DNA from: Escherichia phage tonn
Sequence record: NC_049815.1
DNA length: 51,012 nt
Direction: 5' to 3' (one strand)
Shown: positions 1 through 9,096 of the stretch, piece by piece
How the letters are laid out: each line of letters starts with the position of its first letter
Numbering within the stretch: the first letter of the stretch is position 1
Made by a program: the position numbers and the translations under genes
The notes under the pieces: generated by a model
The model's database searches: none
Told to the model about the DNA's origin: nothing
Seen by the model: only the letters and a program-made list of their open reading frames with translations

Positions 1-666
1 AAATTCTACCGCGCCATCAAGCTTAATTTTTACTGTCATTTCCTCATCTCCTTTGTCATTTAGAACCTCGTCACTATACGGAAAATCTTGCTCGCTATCA
101 AGATTTAATTTAGCAATGCCAGCACGACCACGAAAGACAAGTGCAATGTGATTAACACGGATATTCGTCTGAATGGCGTCAAATTTAACCCAATCAGGAG
201 AATCAGGCTTCCAGTCTTCTTTAAGGTCTTCCTCAAATAAGTAATCACCAGTTTTATTATTACCCCAGCCTGGCTTGTCAATATCAACCGATGTGTAACC
301 AACTGAAATTTCCGCCGCGTCTTTCTTTTTTGCACTCTCAATTGCTCGCTTTGAGTAAATACTTAACGGAACTTCAACGCCAATCCCATTTGGAACACCA
401 GCGCCAGCACAAGAACCAACTACAACCTTTTCGGCGTTTTCTGGCGTTACCGTGACGTGACCAACCGTGACCGGCTTCCCTGCAAAGGTGGCGAGCGAGT
501 CGGCCTTGAATACTTCTGACGCAGGGCGAAATTCTCGGCGCTCACCGAAAGGAGTCTGATAGACTTGTAAACCAATTCGCGCCACGATAGGGCGATCAAC
601 TAAAAACCCGTTATCATCAAAGTGCGCCTTTACTTTGGCGCTATCAAATCTTTGTTTTGCCTTCAT
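1..666 (-). CDS. putative head maturation protease/scaffold-type head assembly protein, 5' part (ORF runs off the window start)
   Basis: ATG at 666-664 followed by 222 sense codons with no stop down to position 1 (own manual translation); directly downstream of the head morphogenesis gene; frame-continuous with 50581..51012 if window ends are joined. Confidence 0.4.
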   Translation of the reverse strand, partial: MKAKQRFDSAKVKAHFDDNGFLVDRPIVARIGLQVYQTPFGERREFRPASEVFKADSLATFAGKPVTVGHVTVTPENAEKVVVGSCAGAGVPNGIGVEVPLSIYSKRAIESAKKKDAAEISVGYTSVDIDKPGWGNNKTGDYLFEEDLKEDWKPDSPDWVKFDAIQTNIRVNHIALVFRGRAGIAKLNLDSEQDFPYSDEVLNDKGDEEMTVKIKLDGAVEF

Positions 667-676
667 TTAATACCTC

Positions 677-1432
677 TTAACTGTTCCAATCTGGTATGGC
701 CCAACAACGACAACCGAAAGGCTCACCAGGAAAATCATGTTCAGAATCTAGCGCAATGCGCTTACCTTCCCATTGTACATGCTGCAATCGCTCTCTGTCA
801 TCAAGCATACCATGCCAAAAATAATGAGTTACTTTTGAATCATAAAGACGCTGGCGCATGAGTCTACTATTCCAAGCGCCTATGATGTTTTCCGCCCTTG
901 TCTTACCCCAAGAGCTATACACTGCGAACCTCTTACCAGCCAATTCATTAACCTGGCTATCTCTCATTCCGCGAAAGTTTGCCAATCTAATATTGGTTGA
1001 CCAGTCAGACACGATGTTTCCAAATAGCTTTTGAAGAGATGCGATCGTCATGTCATGCCATTGACCGTATAGCGTCCTATACCAACTCTCATTCGCATTG
1101 GCCCCAATAGCCATAAGGATGATAACGGCTGAATTTGACTTGCCTCCCGTTGATTTGGCTACGTTAATAAATTGCTTCGCGTTGAATTTATAAACAGCAA
1201 GACCGATAGCCGGAAGTGATGCGGCGATGCCAGCTATTAGCTTTAACGCGAAGCTACTAATCTCATCCTCTGCGGCGTTGATTTCTTCGGTGTCCGCGTC
1301 AAATTTCATTTCCTTTGTTTTGCTGCGCATCAGCACAACAAGATCCCTTATCGCCTCCTGAATTGAGCGGCGCAATTGCCGCTCGCTTGCTTCAGGAAAG
1401 CGCCATTGTTTAACGACGCCTTTCACTATCAT
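677..1432 (-). CDS. phage head morphogenesis / minor head protein (Mu F / SPP1 gp7-like)
   Basis: 251 aa; position right after portal with ATGA overlap; sequence character of Mu F-like minor head proteins (recognised by eye). Confidence 0.7.
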   Translation of the reverse strand: MIVKGVVKQWRFPEASERQLRRSIQEAIRDLVVLMRSKTKEMKFDADTEEINAAEDEISSFALKLIAGIAASLPAIGLAVYKFNAKQFINVAKSTGGKSNSAVIILMAIGANANESWYRTLYGQWHDMTIASLQKLFGNIVSDWSTNIRLANFRGMRDSQVNELAGKRFAVYSSWGKTRAENIIGAWNSRLMRQRLYDSKVTHYFWHGMLDDRERLQHVQWEGKRIALDSEHDFPGEPFGCRCWAIPDWNS

Positions 1433-2727
1433 TGATTGCTACCCTCTGTTGTTCCTGGCTCCGGCTCTACGTCTTGCTCAGGTAATTTAATGTCATTGCC
1501 GTCTTTTAGTTTAACGTTAGGCGCAATGGCTCGCAATGTGTCGCGCGCCTCTTCTGCATCCATGAATTGACCGTCAATAGCCTTACTCAAAGAATCAATG
1601 TTCTTGTTCAAGATTTCGGCCTGGTCCTTTTCGCTTGGAACGCTTAACGGCGCAAACTGAATGCTCCATTCTTCCTCTTGAATAAGGAACGGGATCAGAA
1701 ATTCAAGGATTGGTTTGTATTCTTCCTTTCGCTTTCGGTCGATCAGCTTGTAGAAGGTTTCAAGCGCCGTGTTTTGGCTCGCGCTAACACCGCCAACGTT
1801 CTTGTTTTTGAGGATGATTTCATGGATGCCGGAAAGAGATACAATGCGATCCATCTTCTTTTCCAAGAACGAATCGACGGCAGAAATATCAGAATTTAAA
1901 ACATCATATTCCTCATCTTCCGCATCAATGCCGATCGCACGGCCTACGCCACCCTCATCATCAACTTGAGCAAGTCGCAAACGTGCGGCACTAACACCAT
2001 CATCATCATCACAAAGATCAGCAAGACCTTTAACTTTCCATACCGCCTGTTGCTTACGTCGCAACAATTGAGTTGCTAAGTTTTCGCAGTAGTTATAATC
2101 ACAAATAGCCTCAACAAGTCTCTTATTCAGGATCGACTCACCCCACCCATCATTTGATTGACGCCGCTGATTTGGTAGCCGCTCACCGTCGATAATACAG
2201 ACTCGCGAATAGTGAACCTGGTATTCTGGCAAGTCGACACCAGGTGAAATGGTGTAAATTAATGGCTCACCATATCTTACCTTGCGTGGATTAGTTTCGC
2301 GCTTTTCTACCCTAACCTGAAAGCGATCGTAAACGCGAACATCTTCAAGGATTGCACCAGGCGCTACAGGTGACTTTAACGACCTGCCATCCTGGACGAT
2401 TGCCACGATTGCAGCGCCACCAAAAAGACGCGACCAGCAAAGCGCATCAATGATTTTATCGTTTAGTCGCTTCTCATCCCACAAAGATCTAAAACTTTCC
2501 TCATCTTCCACGCCATCAATATTAAATCCAGGCGTCACCATTTCTTCTGGAACAACGTCGATGATTCGTTTTGCTAGGCCGTCACGAATGTAAAAATCAG
2601 CGTGCGTGGTGTATTCGAACCCCTGCATAAAGAAAGGCAACTCTACACACCCATTGCCCTTACTACCCTTGAAAATCTCGTTGTATCCATCGGCCTTAAC
2701 TAGCCTTGTTTTTTCGCTCATCGTCAA
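1429..2727 (-). CDS. portal protein
   Basis: 432 aa, acidic C-terminus, located between terminase large subunit and head morphogenesis gene. Confidence 0.8.
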   Translation of the reverse strand: MTMSEKTRLVKADGYNEIFKGSKGNGCVELPFFMQGFEYTTHADFYIRDGLAKRIIDVVPEEMVTPGFNIDGVEDEESFRSLWDEKRLNDKIIDALCWSRLFGGAAIVAIVQDGRSLKSPVAPGAILEDVRVYDRFQVRVEKRETNPRKVRYGEPLIYTISPGVDLPEYQVHYSRVCIIDGERLPNQRRQSNDGWGESILNKRLVEAICDYNYCENLATQLLRRKQQAVWKVKGLADLCDDDDGVSAARLRLAQVDDEGGVGRAIGIDAEDEEYDVLNSDISAVDSFLEKKMDRIVSLSGIHEIILKNKNVGGVSASQNTALETFYKLIDRKRKEEYKPILEFLIPFLIQEEEWSIQFAPLSVPSEKDQAEILNKNIDSLSKAIDGQFMDAEEARDTLRAIAPNVKLKDGNDIKLPEQDVEPEPGTTEGSNQ

Positions 2728-2734
2728 ATCTCCA

Positions 2735-2768
2735 TAATAAAAAAGGCTGGAAAAATCCAGCCTTGATT
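2735..2768 (-). terminator. hairpin AAGGCTGG-n6-CCAGCCTT followed by T-run (- strand) between terL and portal
   Basis: inverted repeat plus T6 on the coding strand; likely partial terminator or RNA stability element. Confidence 0.4.
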
Positions 2769-2776
2769 ATATAACT

Positions 2777-2798
2777 TTTTAGCAATTAGTGCTATTTA
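2777..2798 (-). promoter_or_regulatory. variant copy of the 21-bp intergenic motif (AAATAGCACTAATTGCTAAAA), followed by TATAAT
   Basis: motif match; its TAG is the terL stop codon. Confidence 0.45.
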
Positions 2799-4360
2799 TT
2801 GCGTAGACCAGCCAGCTTTTTCATCCTTGCTACCGGATCATCTGCCAAGTTCATTTCGACGTTAACAGCATCAACTATATTATCGACAATATCATCATGG
2901 GGATGAGAATCGTCAAAAGTGAACGCTGCAACCTCTGCCATTATCTCAGGTAACATGGGATGACTTTCTGGCAGTGCCACACGTCCGGCCCTCATTACTG
3001 GCGCGGCGTCCATTGCTCGCGTTACCTTGTCATTGCTTCGCTGAACGGGATTTATATCAATCGGGATCTTCTTTTTGGCCCCCTGAATCAAACCCGTGCC
3101 GCTGGCCTTATCCTCAATGTGGATACGTCGCAAGCTGCCACACTCCTTATTGCGCTTCCAGCACTGATTAACGAAGGCAATAAAATTTAATTCAAGATCC
3201 GGCGCTTCCCACTTTCCGCGAATGCCATCAATGAAGTAAACGCGATTCTTATACATCCCCCAATAACAAAAAACTGAATAGTCGTTAAGCTCTCCGGCCT
3301 TCTGCGCGGTATCACCAGTAATAAATGTGTATTCAAAGCGATCCGGTTTAGGAAGTGCGCATTTTTCGCCGCTGCCGTAATACTGGAACCACTCTGTTTT
3401 AAACACGTTGCCGCCAAGCGCGATGGGTTGCTGTTGGTACTGACTGGCGAACGTATAAGGATCTGCATTGCGCAATGCAAGCAATTCCTCCGCGCTTTCC
3501 TTCGCAGGCCAAAATGAATAATGAGCAACGCCATCTATCATCACTGGCTTACTTGACAACACATCACGATCAAATTCAGGCTTCAACCAATCAGGAAGCG
3601 TTTCGCGGTATTCTTTCGTAACCAGCGCCGGAATACTCACAACTTTAAACTCAATACCACCCATCCCGCCATTAAGCATAAACCAGGTGGAATCATTAAC
3701 GTGTAGTCGCTGTTGCACCATAACAATCGGCGTAGTGTCTTTCATTCGACGCGATCGCACTGTGTTTTTTAACCGCATGTGGATCGCCTCACGCTTGACC
3801 TTAGAAAGCATATCATCCGGCTTGTCTGGATCGTCCAGAACCAGCATACCAGTAAAACCATCGTCCATATAGCCGCCACGCAAACCTGTTACCTGTCCGC
3901 CAATAGAACGTGAGTTAACTTGCAATTTAACCTTGCCGCCATCCGTAACTATGAGATCTTTTGCGCTCGCCTTTGCCAGTTTTCCTGGCCATAGCTCTTG
4001 CCACTCAGGAGAACCGATAATCTCCTTTATCCTGTTGCTGTTTTGCTGGACAAGTCCATCACTAAACGAAAGGTTAAGGTTTCTCACCTTCCGACTTTTC
4101 AATGACGCGTAGGGTGACATGTGGATCGAGAAAATCTCAGTCTTACCGCTACCTGGCGTAATGTTGAAAATCACATTCTGCGACTCTCCATTGATGATCT
4201 TCTCTACCTCACTGCACAATAAGCTAAAATGCCAGTTGCTCTGGAATTTTTGCCCCTGCAATAACTGAAACCAGATTCTGATCATCTTTTCGAATGAATG
4301 CTCACTGATTTCTTTAATGGCTCGCTTTTGCGCCGCCGTCAAATCTTCCCATATGATCAT
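2792..4360 (-). CDS. terL: terminase large subunit
   Basis: 522 aa; Walker A-like NITPGSGKTE near N-terminus, C-terminal RNaseH-like nuclease region with acidic residues; TAATG overlap with upstream terS. Confidence 0.9.
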   Translation of the reverse strand: MIIWEDLTAAQKRAIKEISEHSFEKMIRIWFQLLQGQKFQSNWHFSLLCSEVEKIINGESQNVIFNITPGSGKTEIFSIHMSPYASLKSRKVRNLNLSFSDGLVQQNSNRIKEIIGSPEWQELWPGKLAKASAKDLIVTDGGKVKLQVNSRSIGGQVTGLRGGYMDDGFTGMLVLDDPDKPDDMLSKVKREAIHMRLKNTVRSRRMKDTTPIVMVQQRLHVNDSTWFMLNGGMGGIEFKVVSIPALVTKEYRETLPDWLKPEFDRDVLSSKPVMIDGVAHYSFWPAKESAEELLALRNADPYTFASQYQQQPIALGGNVFKTEWFQYYGSGEKCALPKPDRFEYTFITGDTAQKAGELNDYSVFCYWGMYKNRVYFIDGIRGKWEAPDLELNFIAFVNQCWKRNKECGSLRRIHIEDKASGTGLIQGAKKKIPIDINPVQRSNDKVTRAMDAAPVMRAGRVALPESHPMLPEIMAEVAAFTFDDSHPHDDIVDNIVDAVNVEMNLADDPVARMKKLAGLRNK

Positions 4361-4887
4361 TAAAGTTGCTCCAGAATATCAATAACAGCCTCTTTCACCT
4401 CATCGGCAGTTACTGCGTCAATGCTTGCATTAGCTGCCGCGCTAGCTTCAACGCTCACTGTTGCTGGCTTCTCTACGCCGATCTCTTTACCGATAAATCC
4501 AGCATTAATCATGTTATTTGCCGCAAGCTGGAATTTTTGCTCGTAAATTACTTTATCAACAAACTCCATCACATCGCAGAATCCAGGCTCTTTACGCCAT
4601 TTGCTTACGGCAGCCTCAGTCACGCCGAGATACAAGCTGAATCCGTTAACCGTGAAAACGCGAGGCTTGTAAACTCTGCTCTCGTACACGTCACCCTGAA
4701 AGGAAGCAGTTTCAGCCGCCTGGATGTGATTCTCTTCGGCCCAAGTGAAATAGCGGATCGCCATATCAAAAACCTGTTCCGGCGTGTACTTGTGGCGGTT
4801 GTTTAGCGTGACAATATCGCCATAAGTTTTATTATATAACTCTTTGAAATTTAATGCCTTTACAGCAGGCTCAACGTTTTTAGCCAT
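4360..4887 (-). CDS. terS: terminase small subunit (putative)
   Basis: 176 aa from ATG at 4887 with AAGGAGG 7 nt upstream; immediately upstream of and overlapping terL; listed ORF start 4929 is a TTG inside the promoter. Confidence 0.6.
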   Translation of the reverse strand: MAKNVEPAVKALNFKELYNKTYGDIVTLNNRHKYTPEQVFDMAIRYFTWAEENHIQAAETASFQGDVYESRVYKPRVFTVNGFSLYLGVTEAAVSKWRKEPGFCDVMEFVDKVIYEQKFQLAANNMINAGFIGKEIGVEKPATVSVEASAAANASIDAVTADEVKEAVIDILEQL

Positions 4888-4909
4888 TGTTAATCCTCCT
4901 TTGGTTAGA

Positions 4910-4935
4910 TGCCTGATTATACCAAACAACGGGCA
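4910..4935 (-). promoter_or_regulatory. sigma70-type extended -10 promoter (TGGTATAAT) for the packaging/head operon
   Basis: TGGTATAAT on - strand at 4924..4916, ~20 nt upstream of the terS RBS and just downstream of a terminator hairpin. Confidence 0.4.
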
Positions 4936-4936
4936 A

Positions 4937-4968
4937 TAAAAAACCCGCCGTGCGGCGGGTAATTTTTA
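4937..4968. terminator. rho-independent terminator hairpin ACCCGCCG-tg-CGGCGGGT flanked by A-run and T-run
   Basis: perfect 8-bp GC-rich stem with flanking A6/T5; separates early arm from terS. Confidence 0.55.
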
Positions 4969-5190
4969 AGCTGTATATTTTACTTTTCCATCTTTGGCTC
5001 GAATGGAATTTAGGATCTTGCTGCCGATCATCAGGTATTGACCACGTACAAGCCATTTCTTTTGTTTTTCGCTCCAGATGGCAGAAGCGTACCAACCTTT
5101 ATTAATCACGAACTTATAAGCAAAGCGCATGACAACGGAAAAGATAATGATAGCCATGATAAAACCAATGCAGAAAGATAATGCGATCAT
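4966..5190 (-). CDS. small membrane protein
   Basis: 74 aa, N-terminal hydrophobic helix (IALSFCIGFIMAIIIFSVV). Confidence 0.45.
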   Translation of the reverse strand: MIALSFCIGFIMAIIIFSVVMRFAYKFVINKGWYASAIWSEKQKKWLVRGQYLMIGSKILNSIRAKDGKVKYTA

Positions 5191-5468
5191 TGTAAAGCCC
5201 TCACAAGATTAATTGAAAATTGATGTGTTTCAGGATTAGCGCCCGATTGCTCTTTTGCTTTTGCTACTGCTTCCAGTTCATCAAGAGCATCAACTACGCA
5301 TTCATATTCCTGTTTGCATGATTGGCAGTTACGCCCCATTCGCCGGATCGTCATCTTCACTTTGTAATTCATCAGCGACAACCTCACGCTTAATGCTGGT
5401 AATGTTGTGAATCGGATAAGCAACATTGCCGATAGAAATGCAAGTTTCGTCACCGCCAAGCTGATCAC
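5187..5468 (-). CDS. hypothetical protein (start uncertain, probably an internal ATG at ~5339-5372)
   Basis: ORF overlaps 5329..5562 by 140 nt in another frame; C-terminal part contains CxxC..C cluster. Confidence 0.3.
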   Translation of the reverse strand: MISLAVTKLAFLSAMLLIRFTTLPALSVRLSLMNYKVKMTIRRMGRNCQSCKQEYECVVDALDELEAVAKAKEQSGANPETHQFSINLVRALQ

Positions 5469-5562
5469 TTGTCGCTTCTACTGTAAAGCTGTTAACAAAG
5501 CTATTGTAGAAAGGATGAATAACGGTATCACGGAAAGAAACGGTTAATTTGTATTTAATCAT
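5329..5562 (-). CDS. hypothetical protein
   Basis: 77 aa ORF with GGAG RBS upstream of ATG. Confidence 0.4.
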   Translation of the reverse strand: MIKYKLTVSFRDTVIHPFYNSFVNSFTVEATSDQLGGDETCISIGNVAYPIHNITSIKREVVADELQSEDDDPANGA

Positions 5563-5576
5563 TTTGGATCTCCATT

Positions 5577-5635
5577 AAAAAAGGCGATACGTCTTACGGA
5601 TTATTTTGCATTGCAAAAACCTCCTGCATATCGCC
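5577..5635 (-). other. structured intergenic element: stem GGCGATA/TATCGCC enclosing a 39-nt loop with inner palindrome TTTTGCA-t-TGCAAAA, followed by T-run
   Basis: inverted repeats read directly; sits between two - strand genes. Confidence 0.35.
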
Positions 5636-5724
5636 GTTGTTGTGTGACTATCGCGTCACGCGTTCGGACAAAGCCGCTCTTATGTAAACGACGCCATGCT
5701 AACCAATCAGGAAAGAGTTGTCAA

Positions 5725-5976
5725 TCATTCCCTGTCGAAAGCGTTCCCCCAACGTCCGCGCAAGTAACCACATAGCCAAATGAATTGAGTGATCGTCAAC
5801 ATTGGCGCGATTGGCTGGTAGTGTTCTGCAATGATTCCCTTCATTACTTCATCAACATACTTCCCGCGCTTTTCCACATCCGCTTTCATTGCCTCGCCGC
5901 ACTTTTTAGCCTGGCGTTTAGCTGCGTTGAATTGCGCCTCGTTCATGCCGAACATCAGTATCCTCTCCCCTTCCAT
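5725..5976 (-). CDS. hypothetical protein (alternative start at 5955)
   Basis: 83 aa ORF; lysine-rich N-terminal half. Confidence 0.45.
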   Translation of the reverse strand: MEGERILMFGMNEAQFNAAKRQAKKCGEAMKADVEKRGKYVDEVMKGIIAEHYQPIAPMLTITQFIWLCGYLRGRWGNAFDRE

Positions 5977-6083
5977 TCTTCCGCAAGTTTGAAATAGTTC
6001 ATAGCTTCTTCTACATCTCCGCGCTCAAGTGCTTCCTCCTGCTTCTCTTTGCACCATTGCGAGGGTTGTTTGTACTCATCCAT
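5955..6083 (-). CDS. small ORF (42 aa), stop overlaps possible start of downstream gene (TGATG)
   Basis: manual translation MDEYKQPSQW...; below the ORF-track size cutoff. Confidence 0.25.
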   Translation of the reverse strand: MDEYKQPSQWCKEKQEEALERGDVEEAMNYFKLAEEWKGRGY

Positions 6084-6153
6084 TAAATCACCTTACCAGA
6101 AAAATAGCTCGTTAGAATGCGATTGAGGCGCTCTAACGGCTATGCGTTTTTAA

Positions 6154-6468
6154 TTAAAAACCGTCGAGAATCTCTCGAAAGTTGTTTAGCGTCTTAACTT
6201 TGGCCTTATCCCACGTTACAGATCCTGCATCTTCCCACGGGGAACCAGGGCCGTGATTTGTCATATCATCAATCAAGCAAGAGATCTCATCAATAACAAC
6301 ATCTTTTAAATGCTCGCGGTACTCAATATCTTCTACAGGCTCAAAAGCCTGAATGACACCGCCTAAAACCTGTTGCTGTGCCTTTGCCTTGTCCAAATCA
6401 TCATGGATGAAACGATGCTCTTTCTTGTTCTCGTTAGTTCCGATTTGGTAGTAGTGAATATAAATCAT
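6154..6468 (-). CDS. hypothetical protein
   Basis: 104 aa ORF in early arm. Confidence 0.5.
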   Translation of the reverse strand: MIYIHYYQIGTNENKKEHRFIHDDLDKAKAQQQVLGGVIQAFEPVEDIEYREHLKDVVIDEISCLIDDMTNHGPGSPWEDAGSVTWDKAKVKTLNNFREILDGF

Positions 6469-6716
6469 AAACCTGATTCCTCCATAGTCTCGTTTATGCG
6501 CTTCCAGTCTTCAATAGCTTTCTGGATGTATCCAGCCTCGTTGCGCCATGCGGCAGTTTCTGCCGCTCGCGTTGGTGCTGGTGTAAGTTGACGGCAAATC
6601 TGATCCGCAACTTCACCCATAGCGCCTTCCATACCAAAGCCAGAAATGTAGCGCATCACTTGATATGCTTGCTTCTCTGAAAGGTTAATCGTGATCATTC
6701 TTCTACTACCTCGCAT
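6465..6716 (-). CDS. hypothetical protein
   Basis: 83 aa ORF, 4-nt overlap with neighbour. Confidence 0.5.
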   Translation of the reverse strand: MRGSRRMITINLSEKQAYQVMRYISGFGMEGAMGEVADQICRQLTPAPTRAAETAAWRNEAGYIQKAIEDWKRINETMEESGL

Positions 6717-6907
6717 TCGTCATGGTTAACACTAATATTGTCGCCAGCCTTGATAAACTCGCTGTTGCGCGGCGCAATAACACAATAAGATCCGTCGCTG
6801 AAATGTCCGTCAACTTCCAGCACATCACCAACAACCAAGCCACATTGCTCAAGAGTGATTGATCCGTCGCCGTTGATAGTGTCGATTTTGGTGATTTTGA
6901 TTTTCAT
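6695..6907 (-). CDS. small acidic protein
   Basis: 70 aa, strongly acidic (D/E rich) with Cys residues. Confidence 0.45.
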   Translation of the reverse strand: MKIKITKIDTINGDGSITLEQCGLVVGDVLEVDGHFSDGSYCVIAPRNSEFIKAGDNISVNHDECEVVEE

Positions 6908-6964
6908 TGCGCTTTCCTCTGTTTCGCTTCAATAAGGGCACTTTACCAAATGCCCTTGCGGAAG

Positions 6965-6986
6965 TTTTAACAAAAAGTGCTATTAA
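6965..6986 (-). promoter_or_regulatory. 21-bp intergenic motif copy
   Basis: TTTTAACAAAAAGTGCTATTA on + strand = motif on - strand; contains stop of upstream gene. Confidence 0.5.
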
Positions 6987-7273
6987 CTCAGATAGTAAAG
7001 CTCATCGCGCGCGAAGCCGTCAAAATCTCGCTGTGTCAGCGGTCGATCCTCTCGCGCCGCTTCCTCTATCATGTTGATCAAAAAATCGTTCATCACCCCT
7101 AGTCCGCCATCCGGCATATAGCAAGCTGCGAAAGCTCGCGCCCATGAACGAGTATTTTTGAATCCGGCGCGCTTCATTGTGATTGGCGAGTGTTTAGAGT
7201 CGTTCCACTTGTTACACTGCGCGATGTTTTCAAAAGCGTTAACCAGTAGTTTGCGGTAAGTTTTGTTTGCCAT
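6983..7273 (-). CDS. hypothetical protein
   Basis: 96 aa ORF ending inside motif copy. Confidence 0.5.
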   Translation of the reverse strand: MANKTYRKLLVNAFENIAQCNKWNDSKHSPITMKRAGFKNTRSWARAFAACYMPDGGLGVMNDFLINMIEEAAREDRPLTQRDFDGFARDELYYLS

Positions 7274-7284
7274 TTCATATCCCC

Positions 7285-7488
7285 TTATTTTTGTTTAAGC
7301 CCCATCAGCATCTTGCGCACACCATCCTTTTTCCCGTCAGAGTAGCCAGCAATTGAACCAGCGGCAAACATCATCAAGTTGCCCCAAAAGGCCATAATGC
7401 CCTCATAGTTAATGGTTAAATGACTGCCGAAAAGAATCAGGAAAAGAATAATAATACCAGTTTTCATTTTCACCTCAGTAACAATCAT
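7285..7488 (-). CDS. small membrane protein
   Basis: 67 aa, two hydrophobic segments. Confidence 0.45.
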   Translation of the reverse strand: MIVTEVKMKTGIIILFLILFGSHLTINYEGIMAFWGNLMMFAAGSIAGYSDGKKDGVRKMLMGLKQK

Positions 7489-7723
7489 TAACGTGAATCA
7501 GCACGGAAAAACGACACTTGCGTAAGCGGTGGCGCTTCTTGACGTACATATAAGCATCGCTGTAATACTTAAATTCAGTGGCAATGATGCCGAAAAAGTC
7601 GTCTGTAACATAGTGCCAATTGCCGCCTAAGCTGCGTCGCTGCACATGATAAGTAGAACAGTCGCGGCAAAATACGATCCGGTATTCCGGCTTAAACAGT
7701 CGTTTCAATGCGTTAAAAACCAT
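7475..7723 (-). CDS. hypothetical Cys-containing protein
   Basis: 82 aa; CRDC...C motif. Confidence 0.45.
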   Translation of the reverse strand: MVFNALKRLFKPEYRIVFCRDCSTYHVQRRSLGGNWHYVTDDFFGIIATEFKYYSDAYMYVKKRHRLRKCRFSVLIHVNDCY

Positions 7724-7822
7724 AGTAGCGCCCTCATGCTATAAAGAAAAAGTAGCATTGATAATACCGCAATCATTGCGGAATGAAAATCAAAAGGTGG
7801 CTTAGGATTCGTTGCGTTATTG

Positions 7823-8269
7823 TTATTTCCCAGCATTGCGCGCAATCCCCTTATACATGCCGTAAAAATCATCGCCAGGCTTTTTGAACTTGATCGCATT
7901 TCGCGCAAGTCGGCGCATACGTCGCGCATCGTATCTCGCTCGCTGAAATGGTGTTTTCATTGCCTTAACATGACGACCGAGATGATCGCTGATTCTCTTA
8001 AGCTCAATCAAAACTCCTTGAGTCGCCACTACGCAATAATTATCAAAGCCAATACGGCGAGTAATGATATAGCCATTATTGATGCGCGGACGGCAAAAGT
8101 CACCACTAACACCACGATAAATACTATCCACCGCAACAACCTGGCCCTTGCTAACGCCACAATATTTATCTGCCCAGGTTACGCGAAATTTTGTTCCAAC
8201 GCGAATGTCGTTTAACTCCACCATGATTGTTTCCTCTCGTTGATTGGTGTTTGCATTATAGCGAGGCAT
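7823..8269 (-). CDS. hypothetical protein
   Basis: 148 aa ORF; preceded by a TATAAT-containing cassette. Confidence 0.5.
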   Translation of the reverse strand: MPRYNANTNQREETIMVELNDIRVGTKFRVTWADKYCGVSKGQVVAVDSIYRGVSGDFCRPRINNGYIITRRIGFDNYCVVATQGVLIELKRISDHLGRHVKAMKTPFQRARYDARRMRRLARNAIKFKKPGDDFYGMYKGIARNAGK

Positions 8270-8280
8270 TGCGCCCCGCG

Positions 8281-8301
8281 TTTAGCAATTCGTGCTATTT
8301 A
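8281..8301 (-). promoter_or_regulatory. 21-bp intergenic motif copy (variant AAATAGCACGAATTGCTAAA) with TATAAT 22 bp downstream
   Basis: motif match; TAG inside motif is stop of kinase gene. Confidence 0.5.
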
Positions 8302-8885
8302 ATCTTTGTGTGCTTCCATTTGACAGCATTGACGATCTCGTTTACAGCCAGTTCCGGCTTGCCGTCCTGCAAGTGGAAGTCATAGTGATGGATTCGATAG
8401 TGATAACCGCTCAGGTCAATGTAGTCTCTCGAATCGCCAGCAAACGTGAAGCCGTCGCGATGCAATCGGCAAATATGCACATCATGCCCTGCCTTAACAA
8501 GCGGCTTGACTTCTTCGGGGAATCCTCCATCACTGATCACAACCGCCAAATCTCGGTACATCTCGTGAATCTCTTCAACCATGCGACGCCCGAAATAGTG
8601 ATCCCCAAAGACTGGCTTCATTACATCCTCGCTAATCCAGATCATGAATTGTCGAGGTGACTTGCCTCCTAAGATAACTTGAGGCTTTTCTTTTTGCTCA
8701 CGGTCGTTGTACAGGTCAATAAACTCATCATATCGAGTCGGGCCAAGCATGGAAAACGCAATATCGAACATCGGCTGTTTGAATGACGCCTTAACCGCTG
8801 GGTAACGATGGCCCGTTAGGTAAGCTGCAATAGTGTCCTTCCCGCAACCTGGCGGCCCATTAAGGATGATAATGTCTCGTTTCAT
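8295..8885 (-). CDS. P-loop kinase (T4 dNMP kinase / polynucleotide 5'-kinase-like)
   Basis: 196 aa; N-terminal Walker A NGPPGCGKDT resembling the GKDT P-loop of T4 gp1 and the GSGKST of T4 Pnk. Confidence 0.6.
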   Translation of the reverse strand: MKRDIIILNGPPGCGKDTIAAYLTGHRYPAVKASFKQPMFDIAFSMLGPTRYDEFIDLYNDREQKEKPQVILGGKSPRQFMIWISEDVMKPVFGDHYFGRRMVEEIHEMYRDLAVVISDGGFPEEVKPLVKAGHDVHICRLHRDGFTFAGDSRDYIDLSGYHYRIHHYDFHLQDGKPELAVNEIVNAVKWKHTKIK

Positions 8886-8887
8886 GA

Positions 8888-9037
8888 TTAATGATCTCCA
8901 TAGCGAAAAATCGCATTAAATTTTTTCCCGCGCTTCTTGTCTTCGTTGCGCTTCTTGCGTTGCTTTTTCACAAGCTCCACATGCTCATCGTACCCGCGAC
9001 GCTTCTTTTTGGTAATGATTTTTTCAAAGTTACGCAT
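8888..9037 (-). CDS. small highly basic protein (49 aa)
   Basis: manual translation MRNFEKIITKKKRRGYDEHVELVKKQRKKRNEDKKRGKKF...; GGGGGAG RBS; ends 2 nt before kinase ATG. Confidence 0.3.
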   Translation of the reverse strand: MRNFEKIITKKKRRGYDEHVELVKKQRKKRNEDKKRGKKFNAIFRYGDH

Positions 9038-9096
9038 CGTCTCCCCCTTTAGGTTTTCTCAACATGGCGCACTGCATGAATGCGCCATAGCAAGAA

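Noticed and set aside
4366-4806. 146-aa + strand ORF opposite terS
   Set aside because: Fully antisense to a well-supported gene and lacks RBS.
7752-7775. Additional motif copy upstream of 7475..7723
   Set aside because: Only a degenerate partial match (GAAAAAGTAGCATTGATAAT); too weak to count as a copy.
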